NCBI GenBank assembly: GCA_963847185.1
Contig: CAWJYV010000001.1
Span: 160,001 to 224,000, forward strand
Length of the DNA stretch: 64,000 nt
Direction of reading: 5' to 3'
Source of the DNA: an uncultured Methanosarcinaceae archaeon
GTDB lineage: Archaea; Halobacteriota; Methanosarcinia; Methanosarcinales; Methanosarcinaceae
In this document: positions 54,749 through 64,000 of the stretch, in pieces
How the letters are laid out: each line of letters starts with the position of its first letter
How positions within the stretch are numbered: the stretch's first letter is position 1
Translations under genes and position numbers: made by a program
Notes under the pieces: model-generated
What the model was told of the DNA's origin: nothing
The model's database searches: none
The model's input: the letters and a program-made list of their open reading frames with translations, nothing else

Positions 54749-55566
54749 TATACAAACTCCTTCAGTTCTTTTTCCTGCTTTTTGAGCTCTTCTATCATCT
54801 CCCCATACAATATCGAAAGAAGATGCGATTTTAGAGCAAGATAATTTGGATCAATACTAAGATCTTTACGGTGCCTTGGGCGGGAGAACGGCACTTCAAT
54901 CACTTCTTTTACACTCCCGGGCGAGGGAGTCATGATAGCAATTTTATCTGAAAGCAAAAGTGCTTCGTCCACATCATGGGTAACAAAAAGTACAGTCTTA
55001 CGCTGCTCTCCTTCTGACCACAGATGCAAAAGAAGGTCCTGCATGTATATTCTATTAAGGGAGTCAAGAGCCCCAAAGGGTTCGTCCATAAGGAAAACTT
55101 TAGGGTCCATAGAGAACATTCTGGCAATTGAGGCACGCTGACGCATTCCACCTGAAAGTGTACCTGGATATACATCCTTAAATTTCCCAAGCCCTACCAG
55201 ATCAATAAACTTCTGCGCCAGTTCCTCTATATTCCTTCGGCCTCCAATTTTGTTCGAATGTTCAATCGCAAAGCAGATATTTTCGAAAGTTGTCATCCAG
55301 GGAAAAAGTGAATAATCCTGAAATACGGTACCACGATCGGTTCCTGGTCCCTTTACCTGGATATCATCTATTAGAACTGAGCCATCTGAAGGGGGAAGCA
55401 AACCCGATACTATATCAACTATTGTACTTTTCCCACAACCTGAAGGGCCAATGAGGGAAATGAACTCTCCATTTCCTATATTCAGATTAACGTTTGAGAG
55501 CGCTTTATAGCCCGTACCGTTATTTCCATAGGATAATGAAATGTTCTTCAAATCAATCGTTGCCGT
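54748..55566 (-). CDS. NitT/TauT ABC ATPase
   Basis: GPSGCGKS, LSGGMRQR, MDEPFGALD, VTHD; SD-spaced codon is ACG at 55566 (TTG at 55551 alternative). Confidence 0.92.
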   Translation of the reverse strand, partial: TATIDLKNISLSYGNNGTGYKALSNVNLNIGNGEFISLIGPSGCGKSTIVDIVSGLLPPSDGSVLIDDIQVKGPGTDRGTVFQDYSLFPWMTTFENICFAIEHSNKIGGRRNIEELAQKFIDLVGLGKFKDVYPGTLSGGMRQRASIARMFSMDPKVFLMDEPFGALDSLNRIYMQDLLLHLWSEGEQRKTVLFVTHDVDEALLLSDKIAIMTPSPGSVKEVIEVPFSRPRHRKDLSIDPNYLALKSHLLSILYGEMIEELKKQEKELKEFV

Positions 55567-56111
55567 TTTTATCCCTCCATAAAAATTTAAAACCGGAACG
55601 GGATGAAGTATGATATTGATTTTTTTCCGAATATAGATTTGATTTATAATTCATAAGATACACCAGTAATAGCTCACAGGTCATAGATTAAGGAGTAATC
55701 TTGCCTGGATTATTCGATTCTTGTCTCTTTTGACCTCAAATTCCTTTCTTAATTCATTTTAAAACCTAAAATTAATACACAGTTTCATTCAGTATCCAAA
55801 AACTTGAAACTATTTGGAAGTGAATGCTATAACAACCCTTCATTAACCGAAGACTCAATAATGTAACACGAAAACAAGAGATTTATACGCTGAGAAGTAA
55901 GCAATTATTGGCAGAGTAATTATGATTTTGAACTTTTTGCGGCAAAAAAGCTTCAATAAAGCAGAAAAAATCGAAAGAATGAGGCAAAATTGCCTCAATT
56001 AAACGGTTTGCGTACAAATGAAGGCTATTTTTACTCAAATATCGACGTATAAATTTCTCATTATCCTATGGACACCTCAGCAACGGTTTTTTTTGAGATT
56101 AATCAAAAAAT

Positions 56112-57263
56112 TTGAAAGAGGTACTTATGGATAAAAAACACATATTAGGGATATTTATTGCTCTTATTGTGCTTGCAGGTATTGGTGTTATTCTACTAAA
56201 TCCAAGTGATTCTTCGGATTCGAGTGGTTCAAAGAAAGTTAATACTCCTCCTGTTCAGCAGAGTGGCAATACTTCAGCACCTGTTCAGCAGAACGCATCG
56301 AGCTCCGGAGCTAAGACTGTAAGGCATGGATATCTTCCCTCAAATGGAGATGCTTTGATCTTTATAGCAAAGGAAGAGGGCTTCTGGGACCAGGAAGGTT
56401 TAAACGTGGAGTTGTATCAGTTTACAAAAGGTACAGAAGGTTACAATGCATTATTTGGCAATAAGCTTGATACAGTAGGAGCTGGAACGTCAGATCCTGC
56501 CACTTACATTGCACAGGGAGCAGATATAACAATTATCGGCGGGCTGATGAGTGAAGGTCAGTTTCTGGTAACTGCCCCTGAAGATGCAAAGGATCTTGCA
56601 GACCTCAATAATTGGCAGGGTAAAAAAATTGCCACAATTACCATGTCCAACGGAGACCTTATCTATAAGGCTGCACTGAAAAAAGCAGGTATAGACTGGA
56701 AAAAGGAAGTAATATTCCTTGAGTTAGGGTCACCCAATGCGGTGCTGGAAGCGGTCAAGACTGGAAAAGCCGACGGGGGAATAATATGGATTCCTTATGA
56801 GATACTTGCACAAAATCAGGGTCTGTCCATAGCATCTTACTCTTATCAATACTATGATAACCACCCCTGCTGCCGGATTGCGCTGAAGACTGAAACCCTG
56901 AATGAAGATAGGGATACCTATGTGAAGTTTGAAAAAGGCCTTATTAAGGCTTACAAGTTCTTCAGCGAAAATCAAAATGAATCCGTCGATGATATCCAGA
57001 AATATGTTAATGTTGATAAAGAGGCAATCCGCCAATCAACCTGGAGTAATTATTTCTTTGCGTCCCCTGATCCCAATACAAACGGAGTAAAGGAATATTA
57101 CCAGATGATGAAGGACAGCGGGTACATCGATACGGATGTCAAGATAGAGAACCACATCGACAGTACAGTATACAAACAGGCTCTCGAAGAATTGATCAAA
57201 GAAAATCCTGATGACCAGTTCTATCAGAAGCTGCTCTCTGAACATAAAGAAATGAACGAGTGA
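56112..57263 (+). CDS. NitT/TauT ABC substrate-binding protein (start probably MDKK)
   Basis: N-terminal anchor, AKEEGFWDQEGL, HPCCR motif. Confidence 0.9.
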   Translation: MKEVLMDKKHILGIFIALIVLAGIGVILLNPSDSSDSSGSKKVNTPPVQQSGNTSAPVQQNASSSGAKTVRHGYLPSNGDALIFIAKEEGFWDQEGLNVELYQFTKGTEGYNALFGNKLDTVGAGTSDPATYIAQGADITIIGGLMSEGQFLVTAPEDAKDLADLNNWQGKKIATITMSNGDLIYKAALKKAGIDWKKEVIFLELGSPNAVLEAVKTGKADGGIIWIPYEILAQNQGLSIASYSYQYYDNHPCCRIALKTETLNEDRDTYVKFEKGLIKAYKFFSENQNESVDDIQKYVNVDKEAIRQSTWSNYFFASPDPNTNGVKEYYQMMKDSGYIDTDVKIENHIDSTVYKQALEELIKENPDDQFYQKLLSEHKEMNE

Positions 57264-57439
57264 TCGTAAGCATCGGGTAAATTCAGAAGAAGTATTGTCT
57301 AAAGAAAAATCGGAAAAATCAATCATATAGTCATAAGCATGGAGAGCATTATACTCTTCAGTTTATGATATCTTATTTTTCGTATCAAGCTTAAAATAAA
57401 TGTTGATTTTGTTCCGATTTATACTACCCGAGAATATCA

Positions 57440-57703
57440 ATGAAGGAACTTATGGACAAAAAATATCTGCTTATCGGGGGTTTATGTGCTATTTTTGTGC
57501 TTGCGGGCATCTTTTCAATTTTACTAAAACCCAGCAGCTCTTCGGATTCGAGGAGATTACAGGACTTGTATACCCCACCTATTGTTGAGTGCTGCAGTGG
57601 TTTTGATAATGTCTCCATGAATATCTCGGATGACACAAATAATTCTACATGTAAGCCTGAAACTCTCAGAAACGTAGCTAACTCTCAAAAGGTTATTAAA
57701 TGA
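57440..57703 (+). CDS. Small membrane-anchored protein
   Basis: N-terminus resembles that of the upstream binding protein; ECC motif. Confidence 0.55.
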   Translation: MKELMDKKYLLIGGLCAIFVLAGIFSILLKPSSSSDSRRLQDLYTPPIVECCSGFDNVSMNISDDTNNSTCKPETLRNVANSQKVIK

Positions 57704-58649
57704 TTTGGAGTTGAAGACAGAGATTTCTTAAAAAGAAAGCTTAAATATAAAAACCTAATCGATCCACAATTCATTTCTTGTTTTTCCTCTTTTTCAACCT
57801 GTAAATTTTTTGATATTAATCATCATAAAATGATGACTCTCTGATCATATTCTCTCAAAATGAAGGAGTTGCTTTTATATGGTCTTTTTTGTTTACTATT
57901 TCTACTTTTGATAAGATTTTATGTATTGATAAAGTAAACAGAAAAACCTATTTGTGTCTCAATTTTGTGAGCAAAATTGAGCTTTCAGAATAATGTTGAG
58001 ATCAAGTTAATAGTTTGCATGGAGGTGATTTAGGCACTTTTTGCCGTAAAAAAGGGTTTTTAATACCAATAATGAGTATTATATTTTGTTAGTTCACAAT
58101 TGAGAATTAGTGTTTGTAGAATGATAAAAGGCTACGATTGTGGACAATTTAACTCTGCAACCTGAATACTCTGGGAAGTGGCTTAAGAGTTTTCTAAGAA
58201 TACAGAGAAAACCGGATCCAAGATATATAAACAGAAAAATAAGGGAGGTGATATTTACCTTTAAAAGAGGTTTTAATCTAGGTAGATGTATAATAAATTA
58301 TTAACTTAAAACTGTAAAAGTGTTTGGCAATTTCTACTCTGGATTGGCTAAATATGGAAACCTCAATTGTTATAATGGACACAAAATTGTTTGCACAACC
58401 CACAACACACTAAGTGTAGAATTCCAGTACATATCGAACAGGCATAAAATCATTTGTACAATCCACATCCACAAAAATTCACAAAAATATCAATTTTAAT
58501 ATTTTCTTTAATAGTAATGAAAAAAACCCATATCTAACTCTTTAGCGGAAAATATTGGAGATACCGGAATAGATGCTATAATTGTAAATTTTTGCTGGAT
58601 GTAAGTACAAATTAAAGACTCGAAAAGTAAAAAGAACTTAAGAAAGACT

Positions 58650-58720
58650 GCTGAGATGATGGGAAGGTCACGCAGTGGACTGCAGATCCATTAATCCCGG
58701 TTCGAGTCAGGGTCTTAGCT
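58650..58720 (+). tRNA. tRNA-Cys(GCA), atypical or degenerate
   Basis: Acceptor GCTGAGA/TCTTAGC, anticodon arm GTGGA-CTGCAGA-TCCAT, T loop TTCGAGT, U73; mismatches in D and T stems. Confidence 0.75.
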
Positions 58721-59129
58721 TAAAGAGTTTACTGCAAAGCTGAGCATTACATACGCCTCATGTTTTTCTTTTCTCAGTTCATTTTCGAAGATCACTCTAA
58801 AAGTCTAAGTAAAAGTCTAAGCCTCAGTGATTGAAATTCCTCTCCTGTTGTGATGTATCCCGTTCCGAACCTACCTGCTCAGCTGCGAAAGTAGCGGATT
58901 ATTTAGGCTGCTGCACAAAAAAGAGTGAATCTCAAGCGAGCCGGGGTGAGAAAGTGTAAATTCAAATATCGTACCTTCTGCTTCTGTCTTTTTAGTTATA
59001 TGCATATTTTATCCACTTATTCTCTTATGTATGTCCGGTCCTGCAAGCACTTGGTTAACATCGTTAACATTATAAATTTGTAAAGCAATTTAAGTGTAAG
59101 ACAAGAAAAGAAATTACATGAAGAGGAAA

Positions 59130-59380
59130 TATGCAAACCGATAACCTCGAACCTGAAAAGCGCATAAATTTTCCTGCCGTGAAAGTCTACTAAAAACCAA
59201 TTCTGAATTAATTGCTATCCTTCAGGAATAAGTCAATATAAATCGGTTCAGAGCACAGAAGGAGATTCAATCAAAATTGGATACATAAGAGCCTTGATAC
59301 AGGCTTTACAGGCTCAGAACTCTATTCTCAACGATATTTGAGCTTGTTGCTACTAAATGGAGCTTGAAGAGATAGGGAAC
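59130..59380 (+). pseudogene. Decayed small helical protein gene
   Basis: Frameshifted fragments NRFRAQ / GDSIKIGYIRALIQALQAQNSILND. Confidence 0.35.
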
Positions 59381-59434
59381 TGGCAAAAGATCAGTCACAC
59401 AATTAAGACTGGGAACTGAATCTATTGGCCCTTA

Positions 59435-60946
59435 ATGGAGGTACTGGATATGGACGAGATGACAGTAAATGCAGCAAAAAAACGATTTGATAATAGCAAG
59501 AAGAAAAGCTTTGCTTTCGATGTGCTGACACTTACAGGCGGGGCAACTCTTGCCCAAATTCTTACTATTCTATCAATTCCTGTTTTAACACGTTTATACC
59601 AGCCTGAAAATTTTGGGGTATGGGCTCTATACAGTTCTATTACCAGCATTATCAGCGTTATAATATGCATGCGATATGAGTACTCCATTATGTTACCTGA
59701 ATCGGACGAGGATGCCGTAAATCTCTTAGGAGTGAGTTTTCTTTCAATAGGGGTTGTAACCATCCTAACCCTGGCAATAATATGGTTCTTTAAAGAGCTT
59801 ATAATTAATATTTTGAATTCTCCTCAAATAGGAAACTACCTCTGGCTTGTACCCCCATTTATTCTTGTAAATGGAGCATTTCTTGCCTTAAATAGCTGGA
59901 ATTCAAGGACTAAACTTTTCAAGAGATTGTCCCTTTCAAGAATATCAAGTTCTCTTTCGACTATTGCAACACAGATAATTATAGGAATTCTTGATAAAAA
60001 GAGCCCAACTGGCCTAATAACCGGCAGTCTTACTGGGCAATCTGTGGCAACATTTATACTTGCGGGGCTGATTTGGAGAGATGATAGAAACCTGATCAGA
60101 AAAAGCCTCAACTGGAAGAAAATGTATGAAGTATTTAAAAGGTACAGTAAATTTCCACTGGTAGACTCATTTTCCGCCCTTATGAATTCGATCTCCTGGC
60201 AACTTCCAGCTTTCCTTCTTGCGGCCTTTTTTTCTCCTACAATCGTCGGTTTTTATTCCCTTGGATTTAGACTTATTCAGATGCCAATGAGTTTAATTGG
60301 CAGTTCGATTTCACAGGTATTTTTCCAGAGGGCATCAAGAGCCTCATCTCAGGGAACTCTACCCACACTTGTAGAAAATGTATTCAAAATTCTTGTAATA
60401 ATAGGCATGTTTCCGATATTAGTCCTGACAATTGTAGGAAGCGATGTTTTTACTGTGATTTTCGGAAACGCTTGGGCAGAAGCAGGAGTTTATACCCAAA
60501 TCCTTGGGCTTTGGGCTTTCGTCTGGTTCATATCATCTCCCCTGGATGGAATATATCTTATAGCTGAAGAGTATGATTTTGGTTTTTATTTCAATTTTAT
60601 TAACCTAGCTACACGCTTTCTTTCACTTATTATCGGCGGTTTGTTCGGAAGCGCACGTATAGCACTTATTCTTTTTTCAATATCAGGAATTGTGGTATAT
60701 GGCTACCTTTGCCTGAAGATGATGTCCTATTCCGGAGTAAAAATTTCAAGAGCCCTAAAAATCGTATTCTCAAATTTTATGCTTTTTGTTCCTGCAGGGA
60801 TTATCCTTGTTGCTCTGAAAATCAGAGAAACAAACCCGATTCTGCTTGTTGTCTTTTCCGGCGTGATTATCGGCATTTATTACATGTATATTTTGAAAAC
60901 CGATACTAATGTGAAAAAAATACTGAAAGAATTTCGAGCCGGATGA
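59435..60946 (+). CDS. Oligosaccharide flippase (Wzx-like)
   Basis: LAQILTILSIPVLTRLY.PENFG, multiple TMs, SISQVFFQ. Confidence 0.88.
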   Translation: MEVLDMDEMTVNAAKKRFDNSKKKSFAFDVLTLTGGATLAQILTILSIPVLTRLYQPENFGVWALYSSITSIISVIICMRYEYSIMLPESDEDAVNLLGVSFLSIGVVTILTLAIIWFFKELIINILNSPQIGNYLWLVPPFILVNGAFLALNSWNSRTKLFKRLSLSRISSSLSTIATQIIIGILDKKSPTGLITGSLTGQSVATFILAGLIWRDDRNLIRKSLNWKKMYEVFKRYSKFPLVDSFSALMNSISWQLPAFLLAAFFSPTIVGFYSLGFRLIQMPMSLIGSSISQVFFQRASRASSQGTLPTLVENVFKILVIIGMFPILVLTIVGSDVFTVIFGNAWAEAGVYTQILGLWAFVWFISSPLDGIYLIAEEYDFGFYFNFINLATRFLSLIIGGLFGSARIALILFSISGIVVYGYLCLKMMSYSGVKISRALKIVFSNFMLFVPAGIILVALKIRETNPILLVVFSGVIIGIYYMYILKTDTNVKKILKEFRAG

Positions 60947-61648
60947 TATGACTTAAAAAATCAAAGCTGTGCTGGTACACTCCTTAATAAGCTGCGAAGT
61001 ATTAGAATGGAATAAAAAGAATGGAATAAAAATATCTTTATTGTTGCGAATCGATGCATTATCATTTTTATTTTTCAAAATATATTAAAATATATGGAAG
61101 TGAATTTACCTGAAATTTTACAAGAGCTGATTTTTTCGGGTTTCTGTCAGATCCTTATCCTGATTTTATATTTCTCGATTTTGATTGATTTTCAGTTTCC
61201 TGAATATGCATCATAAGTATGCATTTTTGTTTTTTATCGTTCTCTTTAAATTGTGGCTAACGATTGATTATATAATGCAAGATTCCAAAAAATCTAGATG
61301 TATTACACAAAAACAGTAATCTCGAGGACCTACAGATTAAGGGCTTTTAACAAAGGCGGGAAGTCCTAGATTCTGTGACCTGCTCCTCATACTGCAAGGT
61401 TAATAATTGGATTTCTAATCTATTTTGAACAGGATCTATTTACAGACTTTCTGAAATGTGCTTTTATACTCTCAAAACCCTTGTATGAGCTTTTTCTACC
61501 CAGGGTATCTAAAAGGCACATAAACAGGATAAAGGTACCATTAATCCGACTCTAATAAACCAAAGTGCAAGTCTTTTTGGCTCTACATGGTACTTCTTTG
61601 CCGGTACATAAGAGAGAAGTTCAGTTAGCGAAAGAAAGATTAAAATTT

Positions 61649-62388
61649 GACATTGGTATCTAAATACTGATATATATTATGAGAACTTATATCTCTTGAT
61701 GAACTGCCCAAGATGTAAGAGTCTCGATCATAATAAGAATGGTAAAGTTAATGGCCGTCAACGCTACAAATGCTCTGATTGTGGATATAATTATTCAGTA
61801 GAGCTAAAATCAACTGCTAGTTCCGCATCTGTTAAGAGACAGGCTTTACAACTCTATCTTGAAGGATTAGGATTTCGGTCAATAGGGCGTTTTTTGGGAG
61901 TAAGTCATGTTTCCGTCCAAAAATGGATAAAGAAATTTGGTCAGGAGCTAGAGGAACTAAAAAGCGAAAATGAGATATCTATTGTTGAAATGGATGAGAT
62001 GCACACTTACATCGGTAACAAAAAAAATATTGCTGGATCTGGATTGCTGTTGATAGATTTGGGAAAAAGTTCATCAACTGCTCTTTTGGCAGCAGAGGAA
62101 CAGAAACTGGACAAAAACTCTGGGAAAAATTAAAGGAAAAAAAGATTGAAAAAGTGATGACTGATCACTGGAGGGCATATGCAGAGTTCGTCCCAGATAA
62201 AATTCATACTCAATCCAAAGCAGAAACGTATACTGTTGAAGGATATAACAGCATACTTAGGCACTTTCTGGCAAGATTGAGAAGAAAGACAAAGTGTTAT
62301 ACTAAGAGTCTTGAAATGCTAAAGTACTCAGTTCTTCTCTTAATGAAATACAGAAATAATGAGTTAACTATATTTAGGTAACAATGCC
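61649..62388 (+). mobile_element. Complete short IS1-family element (InsA/InsB, A-run frameshift)
   Basis: TIRs GACATTGGTATCTAAATA / TATTTAGGTAACAATGCC, 8-bp target duplication TAAAATTT; CPRC, CSDC, MDEMH, TDHW. Confidence 0.92.
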
Positions 62389-62442
62389 TAAAATTTTTGT
62401 AAATCAAAAAAGATAATAATTAATAAAAACAAAAACATTATG

Positions 62443-62562
62443 TCACTTGCCAGAAATAAGCATCGTGCTCAGTTCTTCGGCCAGCATGACGGCGCCTCTA
62501 TATCCTGAGTAACCTTTTGAGAGTACTACCTGATCATGTAATGGGAACGTGAGAGGAAAGAT
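62443..62562 (-). pseudogene. C-terminal remnant of a nitrogenase component-1-like gene
   Basis: IFPLTFPLHDQVVLSKGYSGYRGAVMLAEELSTMLISGK* matches the FPxxD...GYxGYxG..L.E tail of NifK/NifN-like proteins. Confidence 0.6.
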
Positions 62563-62626
62563 CCGTTAACAGCAGAAACTCAGTAAGAAATGGAAGAGAG
62601 CAGTATAATGTTGAAGAAACCTCTCA

Positions 62627-63871
62627 TTAGAGAGGTTCCAGCATCTTTGTTGGTACGAATTCCTGTTTTATAATCCGGTTCTTAAGCATAGTACAGAGTC
62701 TTTCTGCTCTGGCCCTATCTGACTGCCTCAGGGATACAGGAATAGTCCCTTCAGCCAGCTCTATTGATCCGAGTCTTGCACGGAATACCCCTTCGGAGCA
62801 CTGAAGTGTACAGGTGCCACAATTGATACAGAGATCTCTGTTGATGATACAGTCATTTGAGATTGCCTCCGTGGGACAGGTGCGCATTGCGGCACAATCA
62901 GGATGGTGCAGGCATCTGTCTTTTTCGACACGGATCAATTTGTCTGTATCTCTCCAGATATGTCCATAGTTTACTTTTGAGTGTGCAGTACGCCCGTTCA
63001 CATCTGATACTGGAAGTGGAACATTCTGGTCCAGAATTTTTAATCCTGTGAGTATTTCATCGTCAAGAACAGGTATTGGAACGGCAAGTGAAGTCAGACA
63101 CTCAGGCCCGTGCGCAGTTTTCATTCCGCCCATCATAGTGGGGTCCATTCCCTTCATGTCTGCAAAGGCAGAGACATTCGGTTTATCCGGACTGGCTCTG
63201 GTTCCTTTTCCTATAATATAACCAGGTGCCCCATTTAACAGGACCCGAGTACCTACACCTATTGACCTGTGCGAGGGGTCATTCTGCAGTGGGTTTATTT
63301 CACCGCACCCTGATACGGTTGTTTCTGTAAAAGGACCTGTCAGGCCTGTAACTGAGAAAATAGTGCTAATCGTGGATGAAGTAGGATTTATAAGTGCATG
63401 GTAATTTTTAAATGCAAGTCTTGTGGTAATGATTCTGGCATAGTCGATATCGTCAAGGGTAACTCTATTCTCATAACGCCTGCCATGTGCCTCTACAAGA
63501 ACATCGATTTCTTTTCCTTTTACCAGGTCCCGGAAAAGATGGCCTCCTCCATAATGATCATCTGCATGTGAAGTTCCGTTGATAACCAGATCCACGACTC
63601 CGAGGCGCTCATTAGGACAGGGACCGGGTTGAGCAGGTACACCATTTAGCCAGATAGCATCTGCCCTTTCAAAGCTGCATTTTCCTGCAACCGGTACCAT
63701 CATAACTGCCATAGTGCCTGACATCACGCCAAATGTTCCGGTCGTGACTACATCCACATCGTCAACAGTCACATTTTTACCTTCACGCACCATGGACTTG
63801 AGCTCGGCAGCTGTAAGAATTATGGCTTCTTTGTTTGTAATCTTCTCATTAATTTGTTCAATCGTTTTCAT
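62627..63871 (-). CDS. DUF39 family protein with C-terminal ferredoxin (methanogenesis marker 16-like)
   Basis: VDVVTTGTFGVMSGT, GPCPNERLG, SGCGEINPLQNDP, CINCGTCTLQC. Confidence 0.85.
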   Translation of the reverse strand: MKTIEQINEKITNKEAIILTAAELKSMVREGKNVTVDDVDVVTTGTFGVMSGTMAVMMVPVAGKCSFERADAIWLNGVPAQPGPCPNERLGVVDLVINGTSHADDHYGGGHLFRDLVKGKEIDVLVEAHGRRYENRVTLDDIDYARIITTRLAFKNYHALINPTSSTISTIFSVTGLTGPFTETTVSGCGEINPLQNDPSHRSIGVGTRVLLNGAPGYIIGKGTRASPDKPNVSAFADMKGMDPTMMGGMKTAHGPECLTSLAVPIPVLDDEILTGLKILDQNVPLPVSDVNGRTAHSKVNYGHIWRDTDKLIRVEKDRCLHHPDCAAMRTCPTEAISNDCIINRDLCINCGTCTLQCSEGVFRARLGSIELAEGTIPVSLRQSDRARAERLCTMLKNRIIKQEFVPTKMLEPL

Positions 63872-63891
63872 ATTACCGATCTCTTCAATAT

Positions 63892-64000
63892 TTACAATAT
63901 CCTGATGTCCTCAAGCCTGACATGAAGTCCCGATGGCTTTTGAAAGCACATATTTACCAGAGCCGTATGTGCAAGCCCTATCATACAGTTACCAGGCAGG
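63892..64000 (-). CDS. C-terminus of an upstream gene (runs off the window)
   Basis: LPGNCMIGLAHTALVNMCFQKPSGLHVRLEDIRIL*. Confidence 0.6.
   Translation of the reverse strand, partial: LPGNCMIGLAHTALVNMCFQKPSGLHVRLEDIRIL

Noticed and set aside
58320-58499. 59-codon ORF with two HKI(V/I)CT.H repeats
   Set aside because: No SD, GTG start and no recognisable family; cannot be supported
58860-58950. GC-rich patch with a GAAA tetraloop hairpin
   Set aside because: Single short stem with no second copy; may be a decayed coding fragment
463-63905. Many 60-155 aa ORFs antisense to or overlapping long genes in the ORF track
   Set aside because: Shadow ORFs of well-supported genes with no motifs of their own

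Overview
AT-rich archaeal DNA, most likely from a Methanosarcina species. This is inferred from the XPB-Bax1 pair, type II GAPDH, PAS/HisKA_2 kinases, MEDS protein, methanogenesis marker 16-like gene and the IS/MITE types. About 1-12 kb looks core-like: DUF72, XPB-Bax1, zinc-ribbon proteins, DUF1015 and a PAPS-reductase-family Fe-S protein. About 12-50 kb is a reworked accessory region with a broken tyrosine integrase, IS5/IS200/IS1/IS630 elements, several MITEs, sensor kinases, small metal- or stress-related proteins, and a secreted Asn/Gly repeat protein with 10/40-residue periodicity. About 46-64 kb holds a double-cubane reductase pair, an M13 peptidase, a sulfonate/nitrate-type ABC importer, an atypical tRNA-Cys, a flippase and a remnant of a nitrogenase-like gene. 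Strongest unexplained signals: (i) two homologous ~100-nt three-way-junction RNA structures with compensatory changes (7.9 kb and 22.6 kb), plus related G-loop hairpins; (ii) five same-strand decayed copies of one ~100-bp sequence, apparently the 3' end of an unknown gene, between cargo genes downstream of the dead integrase; (iii) unannotated micro-proteins and genes that seem to start at ATA/ACG. No CRISPR array or rRNA was seen. All family calls come from motif recognition; no database search was run.
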